From: Ptychomitrium polyphyllum
Lineage: Eukaryota
DNA length: 64,000 bases
Assembly (NCBI GenBank): GCA_973851085.1
Contig: OZ316776.1
Location: 10,912,001-10,976,000, forward strand
Direction: 5' to 3'
Positions 14,201-28,671 of the stretch are shown piece by piece; position 1 is the first letter of the stretch; each line of letters starts with the position of its first letter. The position numbers were made by a program, and so were the translations under genes. The notes beneath the pieces are model-generated. The model searched no databases, had not been told where the DNA came from, and saw only the letters and a program-made list of their open reading frames with translations.

Positions 14201-17200
14201 TTTTCAAACTCAAAAATAAACTTTTTTAAATTAGCAAAATGTGGCTGCACTTTTGCTGATTCTCTTTGTTTAATTGTATGTCCTAACGTTCCTTGGGCAC
14301 CATTCATTTGAATCAAGAACTCCTAGAATATATTATAAATTGAGTTGTGATCCGTGTCTTTGCTTTCTAATTTCAATAATCTTAAATTTCATGATAGATA
14401 TGTTTGCAAATTAAGTTCCTGATAAAGTTTGATAATATTTGTAAGATAATCTAAAATTTTGAAAATGTTAATTTTTTTTTCCATGAGTAAAATACCTTTA
14501 ATTTTTTTTTCTTAGTGAGATGGTCAAATGTGGAGGGAGTTTTGTCAAATTGAAATACATACTTTATTTATGTGCACAGATGAGGTGAAAAAGAAGGCAC
14601 AATTATATTTGGTCTTTGATTGGAAAATAAGTTGATATTACAAATAGTTCTAATGACTTGTGAGTTGGGTTTTATAATCCGTAAAGTACAAATCTATAAC
14701 CACATAGTCCATTATTATTTTGTGATGAATTTCAACAGTGTGAATGGAGATAAATAAAAATTTTCATTTTTAATATATGAAGACATACATCAATCATAAG
14801 ATATAAAAATTTGAAGACTTAGAATGAAAATTTAATATACTATGTTGTCTAAAATTAGAAAAAATCAGTATTATGTAATATTAAAATGTATTATATATAA
14901 ATTTTCCTAAAAAATCATATTGAAATTGAAACCAATCTTGATACATATTATTTTATTCATCTACATTCCATTGAAGAAAGTCTTTTAAAGTACATATTCC
15001 ATAATTTATTTTTATAATTGTTTTGCAATTAAGGATCCAGGTAAAATAGAAAATAGAAAAATAAAAACTAAATCATATAAAAGGTATTGAAAAATTACCA
15101 AGTTTTTTCAAAAGAAAAGGTCAATTATGGAATATGGAGAATCTAAGAAAGGTAGTGAAATGAATTTTAAGTTCAAGGATCGACATTAAAGAAACTTGTA
15201 AATTATACAAGGTTCTTTATCTATCATTTTCCCATTTCACACTCCACCACAATTCTATTTCCATTCCATAAGGTATTCATTACAATTTTAAAATAAAGCT
15301 ACAAAATTTTTCTTAAGAGATTCTTAAGAGATTTTCTTAAGATGAACAAATAAAAATTGTGAATTTTAACGTTTGAAAATTTTATCCATTTAATAGAGTT
15401 TATCATTGCCATAACTAATAACTAATAATGCTTTATAAAGCTTAAAATCAAAAATTTATAATCTTTTCAAAATTGGCTTAAAGATATAATATGAATATTT
15501 TTAAATTTTTATTATTGAAGTAGATTTTAAATACACCACTTGTCATGAAGGGGTTCTTCGAATTAATTTTTTTATAATGTAAAAGTCAGAGCCTAAAACG
15601 CACTCACTCACTTATTTTTTGATTTTCGTCCTAACTTTTGATTTGGCATAGCTTTTGGCAGTCACCTATAATGTAGTTGTGTAACCACACTGTATGAACA
15701 AGATTACGGTGCAGAGAAGCAGCACTTGCCATTGGAGAGTAAGTGTTCAGTTTGTCAGAAACTGCTGGAGATGCTGTATTTCACAGTTCATTCAGTGGAG
15801 TTAGTCCTACCTACGTGTTTGCTAGTTCCACATTGTGGGTGTTTACATCCATACAAGGTTAACAAGAACAGGACGATTGTTTTCCATTTCATAGACGTAC
15901 AAGGAAGAGGGATTCATTCCGAAAATTTAAGCTCCTGTATATGGATAATCAAATGGTTTCAATTGGATTGGCAAATTCACAAGGATCACATAGTACTGTT
16001 TTCTTTTTCCTGTAGATGTTGTTTTTGGAGAATGCTATTTAGTGTTGAAGTCTTGAAACTAAACTTAATGCAAAGTGCACCCAAAACTTTGAGGTTGAAG
16101 GACACCTCTAAATCTTTCACAATAACAGACCTTTCACATGTTTTGCTCCTGCTTTGTAGTTATATGCAGATACTGGATGACGTTTGAATACACTAAACAA
16201 CATGTTTATGTACAACCATTCATAATGACAGGATTCTGGAGTCAAGATGATTAATGATGTTCCATCCTGCCAAAGTTGGTATTGCGATTGATCTTGCAAA
16301 TTAAAATTAATTGCTTTCACAAAGTTTTACTCAGCAATGTAGGTACTAAATACTAACTATGCTTTTGGTCCAATTAGTATGTATCCTGCATGCTTGTATC
16401 TGCCAATGCTGCATCCATTCTATACATTATAAAAGATTCACAAAAAATCTCTTACACAAGCTTCATTTGCAATAAACTATGATATTTATCATTTTTGGAT
16501 TGGATTAACTTCTCAAGCTGTCAAATGTCATTATTTGACACTTGGAATAATTCAAACTTGTTACTCTTTCATTTGGTAATTAATTATGATGAAAACCATT
16601 CAATTTAATCACAAATTATGCTCAATTGACATGACAAAAGTCTTGCATCAATTGCAAGCTTTATGTATATTTAACAAGAGCTTGATTACAAGGGATTTTT
16701 GTTTTGGACATCTTCTGCTTTGTAAATTTTGGATCATTTCTAAACATTGCAAGGCCATTCTTAGACATAATGGTTACATTTTAATTTTAGTTTTTTAGTG
16801 TTTTCATTAATGTGTTCACAAGATGAAGTTGAACAAAAATAATCCTAAATTAAGTTTAGTAATAAAAGTTTGACCTAAAGTGCCAACAATTAAATCATAA
16901 AACCATAATTTAACACTTCTTAAGAATAAATTTTTTTAGAATGAAAAAGTCATTATTTCTTTGGAATAAAATAAATTAAGGGCAAACAAATAGAAAAAAT
17001 ACAAACAAATAAGAAAAATGAAATGCATCAAAAACTTCAAGGCAATATATTTTCACATTATAAATTTTTTAATATTATAGGCTTCAAAACAATAGCGGGT
17101 TTATGGTACAAATAATATTAACGTCTGTATTTTAACACACAATTAGTTCATACTGTTGTGCTGATCATATAAAATGAACTACTTTTTAAAAAAATTTATT

Positions 17201-20200
17201 AACTTATAAAGATTCATGCGATGTGATTTGGGTCATATCACTATTTTAAATGACATTTGAAGAATAATAAAAATTAATAAATGTTCACTATACTCTAATT
17301 TTAATCATTGTTATAAAGATATTCCATAGCAAAATCATTGTAGATGATTATCTATTAAACATAAAAGTGAACAAAAATAGCAAAATTTTGTGGTACAAGA
17401 AAATTTTATAATTTAAAAAAATTAATGATCCATAAGCATTTTAGGTCATAAAGTTTTTTTCATAGACACAAGCAAGAATTTCAAAGAAAACCTAAATAAA
17501 ACCAAACAAACAATGAATGTCAATATCACATTTTTCAACTATATTTCAAATGCATTTGAATCTATTTTTTTTTATAAACATTTAAATTACATTTCAAATT
17601 TTGGAATGTGTGGATCATCATGCCACATATATGACATGGAATAATTTTTTAATATAAAAGCCACATTAGAAATCTTCATTTCTCTATTACAAAATTAATT
17701 TGTAAATTTTGATGAAGACAAAAATCTAATTTAGGAAATTTTTGATAGCAATATAAGCAATGACTTTGTATATATCTATGTCTCATTTGCATCCATATGT
17801 GAAATTTCATCCATAAATGGAAAATATTACTCAAATGGAAAAGGAAAAAATTGGAAACAAAAACATGAAATATACATTAATATATTCAAAAATAAAAGAA
17901 GATGTAACAAATATAGCAACAAATTTCTATATAAAAAAATCTAATTGAAAATTACAAGAATTGATTTATAAAAATTCATTTTCAAAGTAATGCCATATGA
18001 ATTTAGAATAAAATTTACCATCTTTTTATTGTAGGAAACCAATCAATATCTATGCATAAAATAGATATTTAAAAAAAAAAATAAAAAATCTTTGACATGG
18101 AAAAGAGAGCGAGAATACCTAGAATTTGACAATCCTAGAGTTGGGTGTACAAAAGTGATAATAGATGATTAGCTATTCCAAGATTTTGATAAACCTTTTC
18201 AATTTGTATATTAAAAATTGGACTTTACAAATATGATGGATCATGATTTAGATTGTATAAAAACATTAAATCCATAAAGGAGAAGTGACTTTTTAATTTG
18301 TTACTTATTTCTAGTATAATTCTTTAGATTTTGGTGCATTAAAAAACTTTTAATGAATTAAAAAGGATTCATTAATAAATATATACATTCCAATTCCATA
18401 ACATTTTATAACATGTAATTTGAAAATCTTTCATGAAATTTGTAATAAACAAGATTTGAAATATATAAGATTTTAACAATCACAAGTAATTTCTAGAATT
18501 CAAAAACTACAATGAAATTTGGATCTTTCTTGTATATATTAAATCTTTTTATTTTTTGAATTTGACCAAAAAAATAGTTTCATAGTCAATGCTTGAATAT
18601 TTGTAGTTGGTTGAAAGTATAATGTATCTATAAAAACATTGTATGAAATAAAATGTCAAAATCGGTAGTTTTTCCAAATAATAAGTTTTTGGTATGTAAT
18701 AAAAGATAAATGATTAATTATTGCTATTTTTATTTGAAATTTTATATATCAAAGAAAATCAAAGAACTTAAAGAAATTTTTTTAAAAAAAAATCAAACAA
18801 TAAAATATAAATTTGGGCATAAATAATGAAATGAAGTTTGAAATTTGGATTCAATTTAAATATTCTTGATTAATCATTTCAAACGATTATTTTTTAATGT
18901 ATTTCATAAATTGGTAGGAAGGTCATCTAGAATTAATATATGTGAAAAAACAGAAAATACTTGAAAATGTATGAGCCTTGTTTTTTTTTTTATTGAAAAA
19001 TATAAATGAATTTAAAAGCACTTATATTATATTATACTTATTAATTTTTTTTTATAAAATGAAGAAAATTCTTTTAGAATTGTCTTTATATTCATTTTAT
19101 CTTATTTGAAGATTTGTTTGAAGAACTTTGTTTGAAGATTTCTAAATAAAACTAATCAAGAAGTATAATCACTAAGATAATCCCACATGGAGTTTTTTTG
19201 CACTTACATATTATTGTGTTTTTTTGACTTGGCTTTTGTTATTATTTGACATAATATTATAATTTGTTTTAATCTGTTTCAATTAGGGATTTAAAAATAT
19301 CCTAAGATTAATTTTCAACATATTACTATTATAATTCATGTGATTTTTCAAAACTCTTTGAATCTTGGTAAATTTTTTGGATTTACCTCTATTTTAATTT
19401 TATCATATTGTGACCAAAGGTCATAGGATGAACCATTTATGATACATTATATTTTCTGGTTTGATAGTTATTTCATAATTTCATAATTAAGAACTGGTTT
19501 TAAATTTTCAACTTTTAGCAATTATTAAATTATGAAGTTGTAAGGCACAAACACATTGTTAATTCAAAACACAAGATACCTTTGATTATTATATTGAAGA
19601 TACTCTTCTTTACGAGTAAGTTGCTTGCATTGTTAGAATGTTATGATATTGTGTACAATTTTACAATTGCAAATCTAAAACTTTTTGATGTAGCTTTGAC
19701 ATTCAAGTGCAAAACAATATTCATTATTAGTGATACCAAATAAGGGTCCAAAACAATATAGGTACTACATGACAGTTTTTTTGGAAGAGTAACAAGTACA
19801 ATATATTATTGAATAAAGTTTATGTCCAAGTACAACATTTTATGTCACATCTATTTCACAAATATTCATTTGTATCTGCTAATTTTTTTTAATGGCCATT
19901 AGACAACCACATAACATAATTGTTACTTATAATCTGCATATCCACCTGTGAAATATTATTTAATAATTATTTAAAATTTATAAAATGATATTAAGAAATA
20001 TAATTCTGAATCAACCACAACCATTTACCAAGGCCATACTTCTGTAGCTGATACAACACAAGACAGTTCAATTTTAAGGTGAAGGTGCATTAAAATTGGG
20101 TACAATTTTTAAAAATAAAAGCATGCTGGGCATTATAAAAAACAAAAAATGAAAGCTGGTAAGTCTGTAGTTGAAAATTATGCACCAACAACCATTATTC

Positions 20201-21638
20201 AGTCTCAGCATGACAACACCCAAGAATGATATACATTCACTTGAGGATATTGGGAGCTCTTTCTGAAACTTTCAATATGCATCAAGTTGTCTCCATGTTG
20301 TGAATCTCCTTTTGTTTGCCAGATTATTATCATCTGTGCCATCTACAGATGTTCCTCAACAACTAACTGGAATGGAAAGAGGCAAATATTGTCTTTTTCA
20401 TTGCCAGAGATGCTTTTCACCTTGTGACAATTACTTGAATTTGTGCTGTTGAGACTGTTGACCTGGCTAGAATATACCTGCAGTACCATTCTTTAATCTA
20501 GAACTATAGAAACAAGCTTGTACCAATGAGTTCCCATCTGGAGGATGAGCTCTTGCCTAGCTTCATTGTCCGTTAGCCCCCATTGAGTGGGACGTGTTGC
20601 TATCACCCACCGTTACACAGTGTGTCTCAATGAACAGATTGTTGCTGTTTGGTTGCATGGTTGTGATGGAGGCTCACTATGCCATTCTACATTGTACAAT
20701 GGGGTCCAAGAGGTAATTTTTGAGCTCCCTGGCTTTTTAAGGTAAGTGGTCCTTAAACCAGCAAATTAACTCTTGGATATCACAAGACAATGTAATGCAA
20801 TCCAACTTAAAACATTCATAGTTTGGTTTTCCAGATGAAGAGCAACTTCTTGCAAAAGAATTGTAAGACTAGGACTCATTGAGTAAAAAAGTTCATAAGT
20901 GTAGGCCTCCCACTGTTTTGCATTAATGGTTAAAAGACAATAGGGAGAAACAGTTAATGAAAAATATGCATGAACGTTCATTTTGCACATGAACATGGAT
21001 GTACCTAGAAATTTGTAGCAGTGAAGGCCTGTTGGTTTAAGGATCACACATCTTGCACCTTTCATTTGCACAAAAATAGTTCAATAAGCATTGGACATTA
21101 CATACAACTTCGTTTTTCACAAACTACAAACCTATTAAACTGGTTTTATATAAAAATAAAATAAAAATCGGTATTTACAAGTTTATGTTTTAAATAAACT
21201 TGTTTGATACAATTTTTTTGCACCTAAATATGAAGAAGATTTTTTATCTTCCTACTTAGATTGTAATACGTTTTAAATAGTAGGAAATGAAGCAGTATTA
21301 ATGTAAATTAAATAAGTAAAACTGGAGTATGAATTTGAAATAGGAATGGATAAGATGTTATCTGTTTAAATTAATGCCCGTATTTATGTTTTGTGCATCA
21401 TGTTTACTGCTTAATATCCAAATTATTAATTATATACTTGATATAGATATCAATTTTGAATTTAAAACTTCAAAAATCAATAGCTTAATTGATAAAAGCT
21501 TAGGAACTAAAAATTTTGTTCATGATTCTAGAAAGTGTTTATATCATTTATGTGAAGGATGTCGTGTTCTTTAAGCTTTAAAATTTGTCTCTACATTTAA
21601 ATAGGTTTAATAAGGATTTTAATTTTTATTTAAAACAA

Positions 21639-22083
21639 TATTTTGGGATATTAAAAACAAGAAGCAAATATGAAGTGCTTTCCAAGAATTAGATTCTAAA
21701 GAGCTAATGATTAACAAGAATTGATACAAAACAAGAACAAGGATACACTACAATATGATCCACAACTTGTGTTGGCAAGACTAAGGTATATCTTGTCTTG
21801 CCTCCCATTTAAACTATGAGGCTTGTATTTCCTATGATACTTCTAAAGAAGCTTCCTATGAAGCTTAAGAATATTCCCAAAGTATATGATATCTTTCTAA
21901 GAATTTTTCTAAGAGATGGAACCTCTATAGGAAGTTTTTCAATGTGGTGGAACCTTTCTAAGAAGTTTTCCAAGAAGGTGACACTGCTATGGAAGCATTG
22001 AAACTATTCTAAGAAACTGCTACAATGTATAAGAAAATTTAAAAAGTACTAAAGACTATGTTGCATAATCTATATCCGTGATA
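21639..22083. mobile_element. Decayed solo-LTR-like copy, same family as 57974-58588
   Basis: Colinear similarity to 57974-58588 in blocks AAACAAGAAGCA, AATGATTAACAAG, ATGATCCAyAACTTGTGTTGGCAAG, GATACTTCTAAAGAAGCTT and GACTATrTTGCATAATCTAT. Termini decayed (ends GTGATA versus GTGACA). Confidence 0.75.
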
Positions 22084-25000
22084 CTATTTAAAAATAAACA
22101 AATATATACACATATACATACAACATATGATCAAAGTTGATTCTATGATTCCAATTCTACTAATAAGAACCAATTTTATTATTGAAAGAATAAATAATAG
22201 GATTGAAACCTTAAGATAAGAATCGCAAATGAAGGCTGCTTATGTTCATCTAACAATCATTTAGTGGCCATTGTGGGCACATGTGTTGTGAACATATTTA
22301 TTAATGTCTGCAGTCTATCAATCAAATACCTATTATTGGATTCAAACTATAATTGGCATAATGACCTCAAGTTTTATTGAATATTGATTTTATGCTAAGA
22401 TGTATTGATTTCCTATTACATTATGAATATTTTTTTCAAAATAAATGTTTGAATAATAAACACCTTGTTTTTAGGATTTTAGGGTTTAGAATTCTATTTT
22501 TTGCATTTTCATTTGCACACATATATATATATATATTCTAAAATTAATGCATGAAGTAAAATAATTAAATTATCTTTAATTTCCTAAATCACATGCTAAT
22601 TTAAAAGGCAATAAAAATGTTTGTATTTTGCTTTCAAAAGGTTAAATATTGATGATTCTGTAGCTTGTTTTTAATTCAATCAATGAATGATCCAATAATA
22701 ATTTCAAATGCATGCTACAACAAGCTATTGCATCTAGGAGTTAAAATTTATGAGTGACCTTACGGATGGCCCCAAGGTTCAAATAAGCTTTATTTGACAA
22801 CTTGGAATTGTATCTTTGAAGATGAAGTTTCTTTTGGAAGGAGGTCTTTGTAAAGGATTATAAGAGATTTTTATAATCTCATAAAGAAACATGCAACTAA
22901 TTAGTTTTTGATTACCACAATAGAAGTCATATTAAAAAAACAAGGTCCAACTCATTTTTGGTTCTATGAAACTTTATGGATTAAATAACATACAAAGTTC
23001 CTATGCATTTAGGAACTATTTCATATAATGTGTAATTGTTGTATAATTATGTCAATTGGAATCCATTTGGAGTTAGCAAATTGGACTTAGACGTGCTCAT
23101 CTTACAAGCTTCATGCTATTTTTTATACAATTCAAATGTTCAAGTATTCGCAAGGGGGCATGTAAAGAGTACCCTGACTCATTAAATTATCCCCTGATTC
23201 ATTCTCATGCTCCTCAGCCTGCTCCTCTGCTCCTCTCTGCTCTTCTGCAACTCACCCCTGCACTGCATGGCTTCGCTCCATGAGTGTGCCTTCTGCTGTG
23301 CTCCCATTTCAAGTGATCTTCATTCATTCAGCATTTATTCACCCTCACTTTTATGAGCCCTAGTGACTGGCAGTTTGCTGTGCTAAATACACTACTGGAC
23401 TAATCATGTTTGGACTCTTGGAGTATAACTTTGAGTGCCCCACCATGCAAAATGAACAACTCTTGCCAGCTTCAATTTGGGGAAGATTGGGAACCAATCT
23501 CCTGTACATTATTCTGAGAATTTTGACTGACTTGCACTGTTTGCTGAACTCATCCTCAAAGTGGCAGACTCCTTTTAAGCAAGCAGTAGATGGCATCTCA
23601 CTCACCATGGGAGCCAGCAGAGGGTTTGCAAATGGATGTCAAGTGTGAACGAATGTTATGTACGTAAGGTGAGTTATGGTTCCTGGCAGTCTAACGTTCT
23701 TCACCAAGCAGGCTTTTGTGCTTGCAGTGACAGAATGTAAGACAAGAGTGATCAATCCGTACAATCATTACCTTTGTAGCGTCCGTTTTCTTGGATTGTC
23801 AATGAAATCCTCAGAGGCAGGGACACTCAACTTACAATGGGTTGCCATTAACTTGCTTGTGACCAGTTGTTCAATTTCATTATTCAAAGGTTTCTTCACC
23901 CACAAATGGTTACCAATCCTTTAAAAGTCTAGAAGCCTTGCAGTAAATACTCAGCTGCTTCTATTATGCACCAAAATTTTCATTGATTAATACCAGGGGT
24001 GATTATAGATTGGGGTGGGTATGGTGGCATAAGGTATGACATGATGGGATGACATAATCTGTAACATTTAGACTTTGGATGGAAAAAATGAAAATTGGGC
24101 AATATGAAGAAATATCAAATCATGTGCATACTCCATTTCATTTTATGTCACAAATGTGATGTGTCATGAGACCACTTTGGTGTTGGATTTAACAAATTAA
24201 GGACATTCAACACTTTGCAACAAATTTTTCCTTTTGTGAGATAATTTGCTGCTATAATCTAAAGAAGTATGTCCAAATAATTTTCCTCAGATGTGCCCAC
24301 TGCTTATCAAAAATAAGAAATTTGAAGTTCCACAATCTAATTTAAGCAGGCTTGATTCATCATTACACATCCAAAGTCTAAAGAATCTGTTCACCATAAA
24401 AGCAGAAAAAAAAAAGGAAGCATGGCTCATAATGCAAACAAACGTAATCATCAACACAAGCCTCGCTCCCTATTCTGCAATACTATCAAATTTAAACAAC
24501 TCCTTTTACTTACAATATCTTTTGAAACTTTTGACTCACCATGGCCCAGGGCTTGCACTTGCAACGCCCTGCGCACCTCCCTAACTTCCAAGAACTCCTG
24601 AAGGGCTCCGTGCCGCCATTACAACAGCTTACAAGCCCCCCAAAAAGCAAAGCAAAAGTGACTAGCCAGCCTGAGACTTCACTCACTCTACTCACAGAAC
24701 ACTGACACCAAACACGAATCTCATCCACGTTGACTGCACACGAGCTGATTTCGGTTCATCCCCCAGACGGCCACTCACTAACCACGGTCAGAAAAAAGCG
24801 CTGGCCCCCATCACGCGGGCAGCTCGCAGAATCACACGGCCACGATGAACCCGCACCTCTCAATGCTATTAGCTGTCCGATCTCCGAAAGATATACGGTG
24901 GCCGCCCCAATGCCCGGGCCCCCCATCTTTACGTCCGTTCGATCGTCCCCGTGCTCCTTCCGTCCACCTTCGTTGCTGCTCTGTCGACGCTCACGGCGGA

Positions 25001-25308
25001 AGTCGACGCCCGTCCGCGCCCCCAGACGAAAGCTGGCCCTCCCGGCCCCTTGAACGCCCAGAGAGCAGCCCACTGCTACTGCTGATCGCCTGGCCGCAAC
25101 CTTCCCTCGTCCTCCCCAGAGAACCACACGAGATTGCAGAGAGAATCACACTCCATCCCTCTTTTGGCTACCTAAACGGTCCAGAATTCATCGCGTTCTT
25201 GCAGGTTTTTTTGAAGCCGTCTTTGTTTTTTGGAGTTCGTGGTTTGCCAGGTTAGATTGTTGAACAGAAGTTCGAGGTGAGGTGCCGGGGTGAAGGAAGG
25301 TGATAGTT

Positions 25309-25375
25309 GAGAGAGGAGGAGAGAGAGAGAGAGATACATAGACATAAACAGAGAGAGAGAGACACAGAGAGAGAG

Positions 25376-25462
<87 letters not shown>

Positions 25463-25474
25463 GAGAGAGAGAGA
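25309..25474 (+). repeat. Long (GA)n microsatellite upstream of the DUF3755 gene, probably in a 5' UTR intron
   Basis: Pure GA run 25381-25459 with interrupted flanks. It lies between a candidate donor CAG|GTTAG (25251) and acceptor TTTAG|G (26232). Confidence 0.9.
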
Positions 25475-26242
25475 GCTGTGCGTAGGTGTTGAGGAATAAT
25501 TGAGGAGGAGCGTTCAGGGACAGTATCTTGTTGGATGTGTTGGGTGGGTTAGTGATGAGAGTTCGGGTTTGGAGTAAGTTTTTTGGTTTTTAGTGGTGTG
25601 GTGGTTCGATGAGTTTTAATTGTGGGAGTGATAGGTTAAGGAGGTCAGGAGGGTGGTTTGGGTTCTGGTGACGGTGTGGGGTGGAGTCCAGCGTTAGGAT
25701 TGTTGGGCGCGACGTGGGTCACGCTTGGGCGGGTGTAGTTGAATTCCGTGGATTGACTGACCGACCGACCGACCGACCTGTGTTAGCGGTGTGGAGGTTG
25801 TGGCTTTGTTAGAATCGCGTGGGGAATTTGTACCGCTTCGTAAAGTACTAGAGCCATGTGGTCAGGTGGGGAGTCGTGAGAATATTTGGAGGAAGGATGG
25901 CGGTGAGAGTATCGAGGAGGGAGGAAGGAGGGGAACAAGAACGCAGAAAGGAGTGAGATTGCGAGTTGTAACGCATGAATGTGCTGCGGAGGGCGTTGGT
26001 TCCGTGGAGGAATGAAAGCCGTTAGAATAATGTGTTTATCTACATTATCCCGAGGGTGCGATTCCGGTTCGTGAAAATGTTGCTCATGCTCTTGGGATCA
26101 GAGGTTTTGTTACCCCGAGCCGCAGGGGTTGTACAAAACCGCTAGAGCTTCTGAAAGATCATTACTCTTGCTGTACCAGCTTTGGTAGATATTATCCAGG
26201 CTCTTTGGGACTACATAAGAACTACACTTTAGGAGAGGTTTG

Positions 26243-28671
26243 ATGGCGCAATCGGCTATGGCGGGATCTGGTCCAAATGCGCAAGTTCATGGGAAAGCAA
26301 ACAACAATTCCGCTGTCAAGGCACAGCTTCAAAGCGGCAACCAGAGTGCATCTGGGAACGGGAACGGGACTCCTACACTACCAAGGTATTCAGCCCCTCT
26401 GGATGTGGCCTCTGTAGCCCCACCTACCACAAATGGAGCTGTTGTTGTCTCCAACGGAAATGGGACATCTGCCGCTAATGGCAACGGCGAGAATGGTGCT
26501 GTGACACAGAGCCTGCAACATGACTCTGGGTTGGCCCTTGAGTGGAGTGCTGAGGAACAATCTATCCTCGAAGAAGCTCTTAACAAGTAACCTCCCTTTC
26601 TCTTTTCCCTTGCAGTGCACAATCCAGCCCTTCCTTTCTCTCTGCCTTCTCTTTCTGTTCCTCATTATGCATTTAGCTCCCTGCAATCGATACATCTTAT
26701 TTTTTGTAAGGACGTTGTGCTTGCCTTCGGTTCAGTAGTGGCACATTTTAGTTCCTCTCCTGAATTGTGACTTTTCTTACCCTTCAAGGATGGCTTGGGT
26801 ATTCGGCGATTAATTTTGGGTAAGAACAGTGGTCCTGTCTTCAGGATAAGGTTGCTGCAATTGAGTTCGGAATTTCGCTTGAATGGCTTGTTTGCGACAC
26901 TTATCTCACCTGTTGTCATTCTGAAGGTTGCATCGTTGTTGAAGGAGTGGATATCGTTCTATTTAAATATGCAGTTTGGTTTTGTTGGGCTCCTTTATCT
27001 GAAAAATGTAGTGAGCGGATCCAATACTACCATTGTAGAGGTAGTCAAGGAGGATATGTGATGGTTAATGAGTCACACGTGCGTACAGTGAAGGCCATTC
27101 ATTCAGTCGATTAACAGAATCGTATCTTTGAAGATTCATATCGCTTGGTCGTTCTTCACGTAGCCGAGCTAGTTCAATTGAATCTGTGTAGTTTTTGAGA
27201 TTGTGAGAGCTGGTTCGTTAAGGTTTTGTAAGAAACGATCTCTCCTTACAGCCGCAGCCATGAAGCTGCGGTTGACCATTATGAGACGGTTTTAACCAAT
27301 CTTGTACATTTTCCCTCTGGTTTTTCAGGCATGGGGGTCAGACAAATAGCCTCGTCAAGTATATTAAAATAGCAGCTTTGCTTAATGAAAAGACGGTGCG
27401 AGACGTTGCACTCCGCGTTCGATGGATGACTGTGAGTGTTTTTATACACACTTATTGATATTTGCACATACTTTTGTTCGTGCAGCTTAGTAACCTGTGC
27501 CTGTAGCGCTTCTTTGTTGTTAGTAGTTTCGCTCTTTGATATGACTAGTTTCATCAAGCTTATGAAAGCTGCCATTCATGGTGATGATCAGAAGAAGGAG
27601 AATGGGAAGAGACGAAAAGATGAGGTGCAGAACACAACCAAGAAGACAAAGGATAAGAAGGTATTAATTTTATTATGTCCTTTGTCTTAAATCTGTGACT
27701 CGAGTCTTATTTCCGTGAAGATGTACCGAGTGATCAACGAAGAGCTTTTACCATGTATACGAAGCAGACTGATATGTAGTAGTCATAATGAGTTACTTTC
27801 CCATCAAAACAGGATAAAGCAGAAGCAACATCAAAGCAAATGCCTGCTAGCAACATCGTTCCTAGGTCGCCGATGCCAATGTATTCGCCGCCTCCACCCA
27901 TTGATAATGACGATGGAATTTCTAATGATGGTAAGTATTCGACTTTCAATTTCTGTAGTTCTTTTAAGTTCTCAACTAGCAGTATGTAGAAGGTGTTTTT
28001 AGAAGGATTTGTATCATTTTGGTCTGCGTATCTACTCGATGATAAAGCAGAGATAAAACGTGAATTACTTTGCAGTTGTGTTCTTACTTTAGAATTTTGT
28101 CGTTGGCAGCAATCGGAGGTACTACAGGCCAGTTACTAGAGCAGAACGTCCAAGTCATTGCTCAAATTCGCTCCAACCTTGCATCTATGAAGGTACACCG
28201 TGTATGCCTTGCCATTTGTTAGTAGCCTACAATGTATTGCTCCATCAGGTGTGGGTGGCTTAAACTTAAGTTCCCTTGAAATCCGTGTGGTCGTAGTTTG
28301 TTCTTTCTTGTGTTGGTTTTTTAATTGACATCATATTATCGTGGTTGTGTTTGCCAGATGCAGGAAAATACCGACCTGCTGGTTCGGTTCAGGGACAACA
28401 TTTTTGCAATTTTGAACGGGTATGTTTCCGATCATGTTCTCTATCCACCACGCCGCGCATTAACTAGAGCTATTGAAAGTGAAAGTAGATAGTTTTCTCT
28501 TGACGTCCTGACTCAAAGACCCATTGCTGCTATTGTTGCAGGATGACGAACATGCCGGGTATAATGAGTCAAATGCCACCATTGCCGGTGAAGCTAAACA
28601 CGGAACTGGCAGACAGCATCTTGCCCAAGTCCCAGGCGTCGACTCCAACCGTAGGCATGCTCCAATCGTAG
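26243..28671 (+). CDS. SANT/Myb-like domain plus DUF3755 family protein, 7 coding exons
   Basis: Exons 26243-26586, 27329-27431, 27592-27660, 27813-27930, 28110-28192, 28358-28419, 28542-28671, all GT-AG and frame-compatible. Protein has EWSAEEQSILEEAL...YIKIAALLNEKTVRDVALRVRWMTKKENGKRRK (Myb-like) and GQLLEQN...QENTDLLVRFRDNI...MPGIMSQMPPLPVKLNTELADSIL (DUF3755-type). Confidence 0.9.

Noticed and set aside
15310..15341. Three short TTCTTAAGA(GA) units
   Set aside because: Trivial slippage repeat in AT-rich DNA.
12600..16800. Faint peptide resemblances to Pif1/Helitron or DNA-transposase motifs (e.g. NGAQGTL, ITISSQ*L on the minus strand)
   Set aside because: Too short and degenerate to support by eye; would need a profile search.
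24730..25255. Overlapping 107-136 aa ORFs on both strands
   Set aside because: GC-rich promoter/5' UTR sequence of the DUF3755 gene; low-complexity translations with no recognisable domain.
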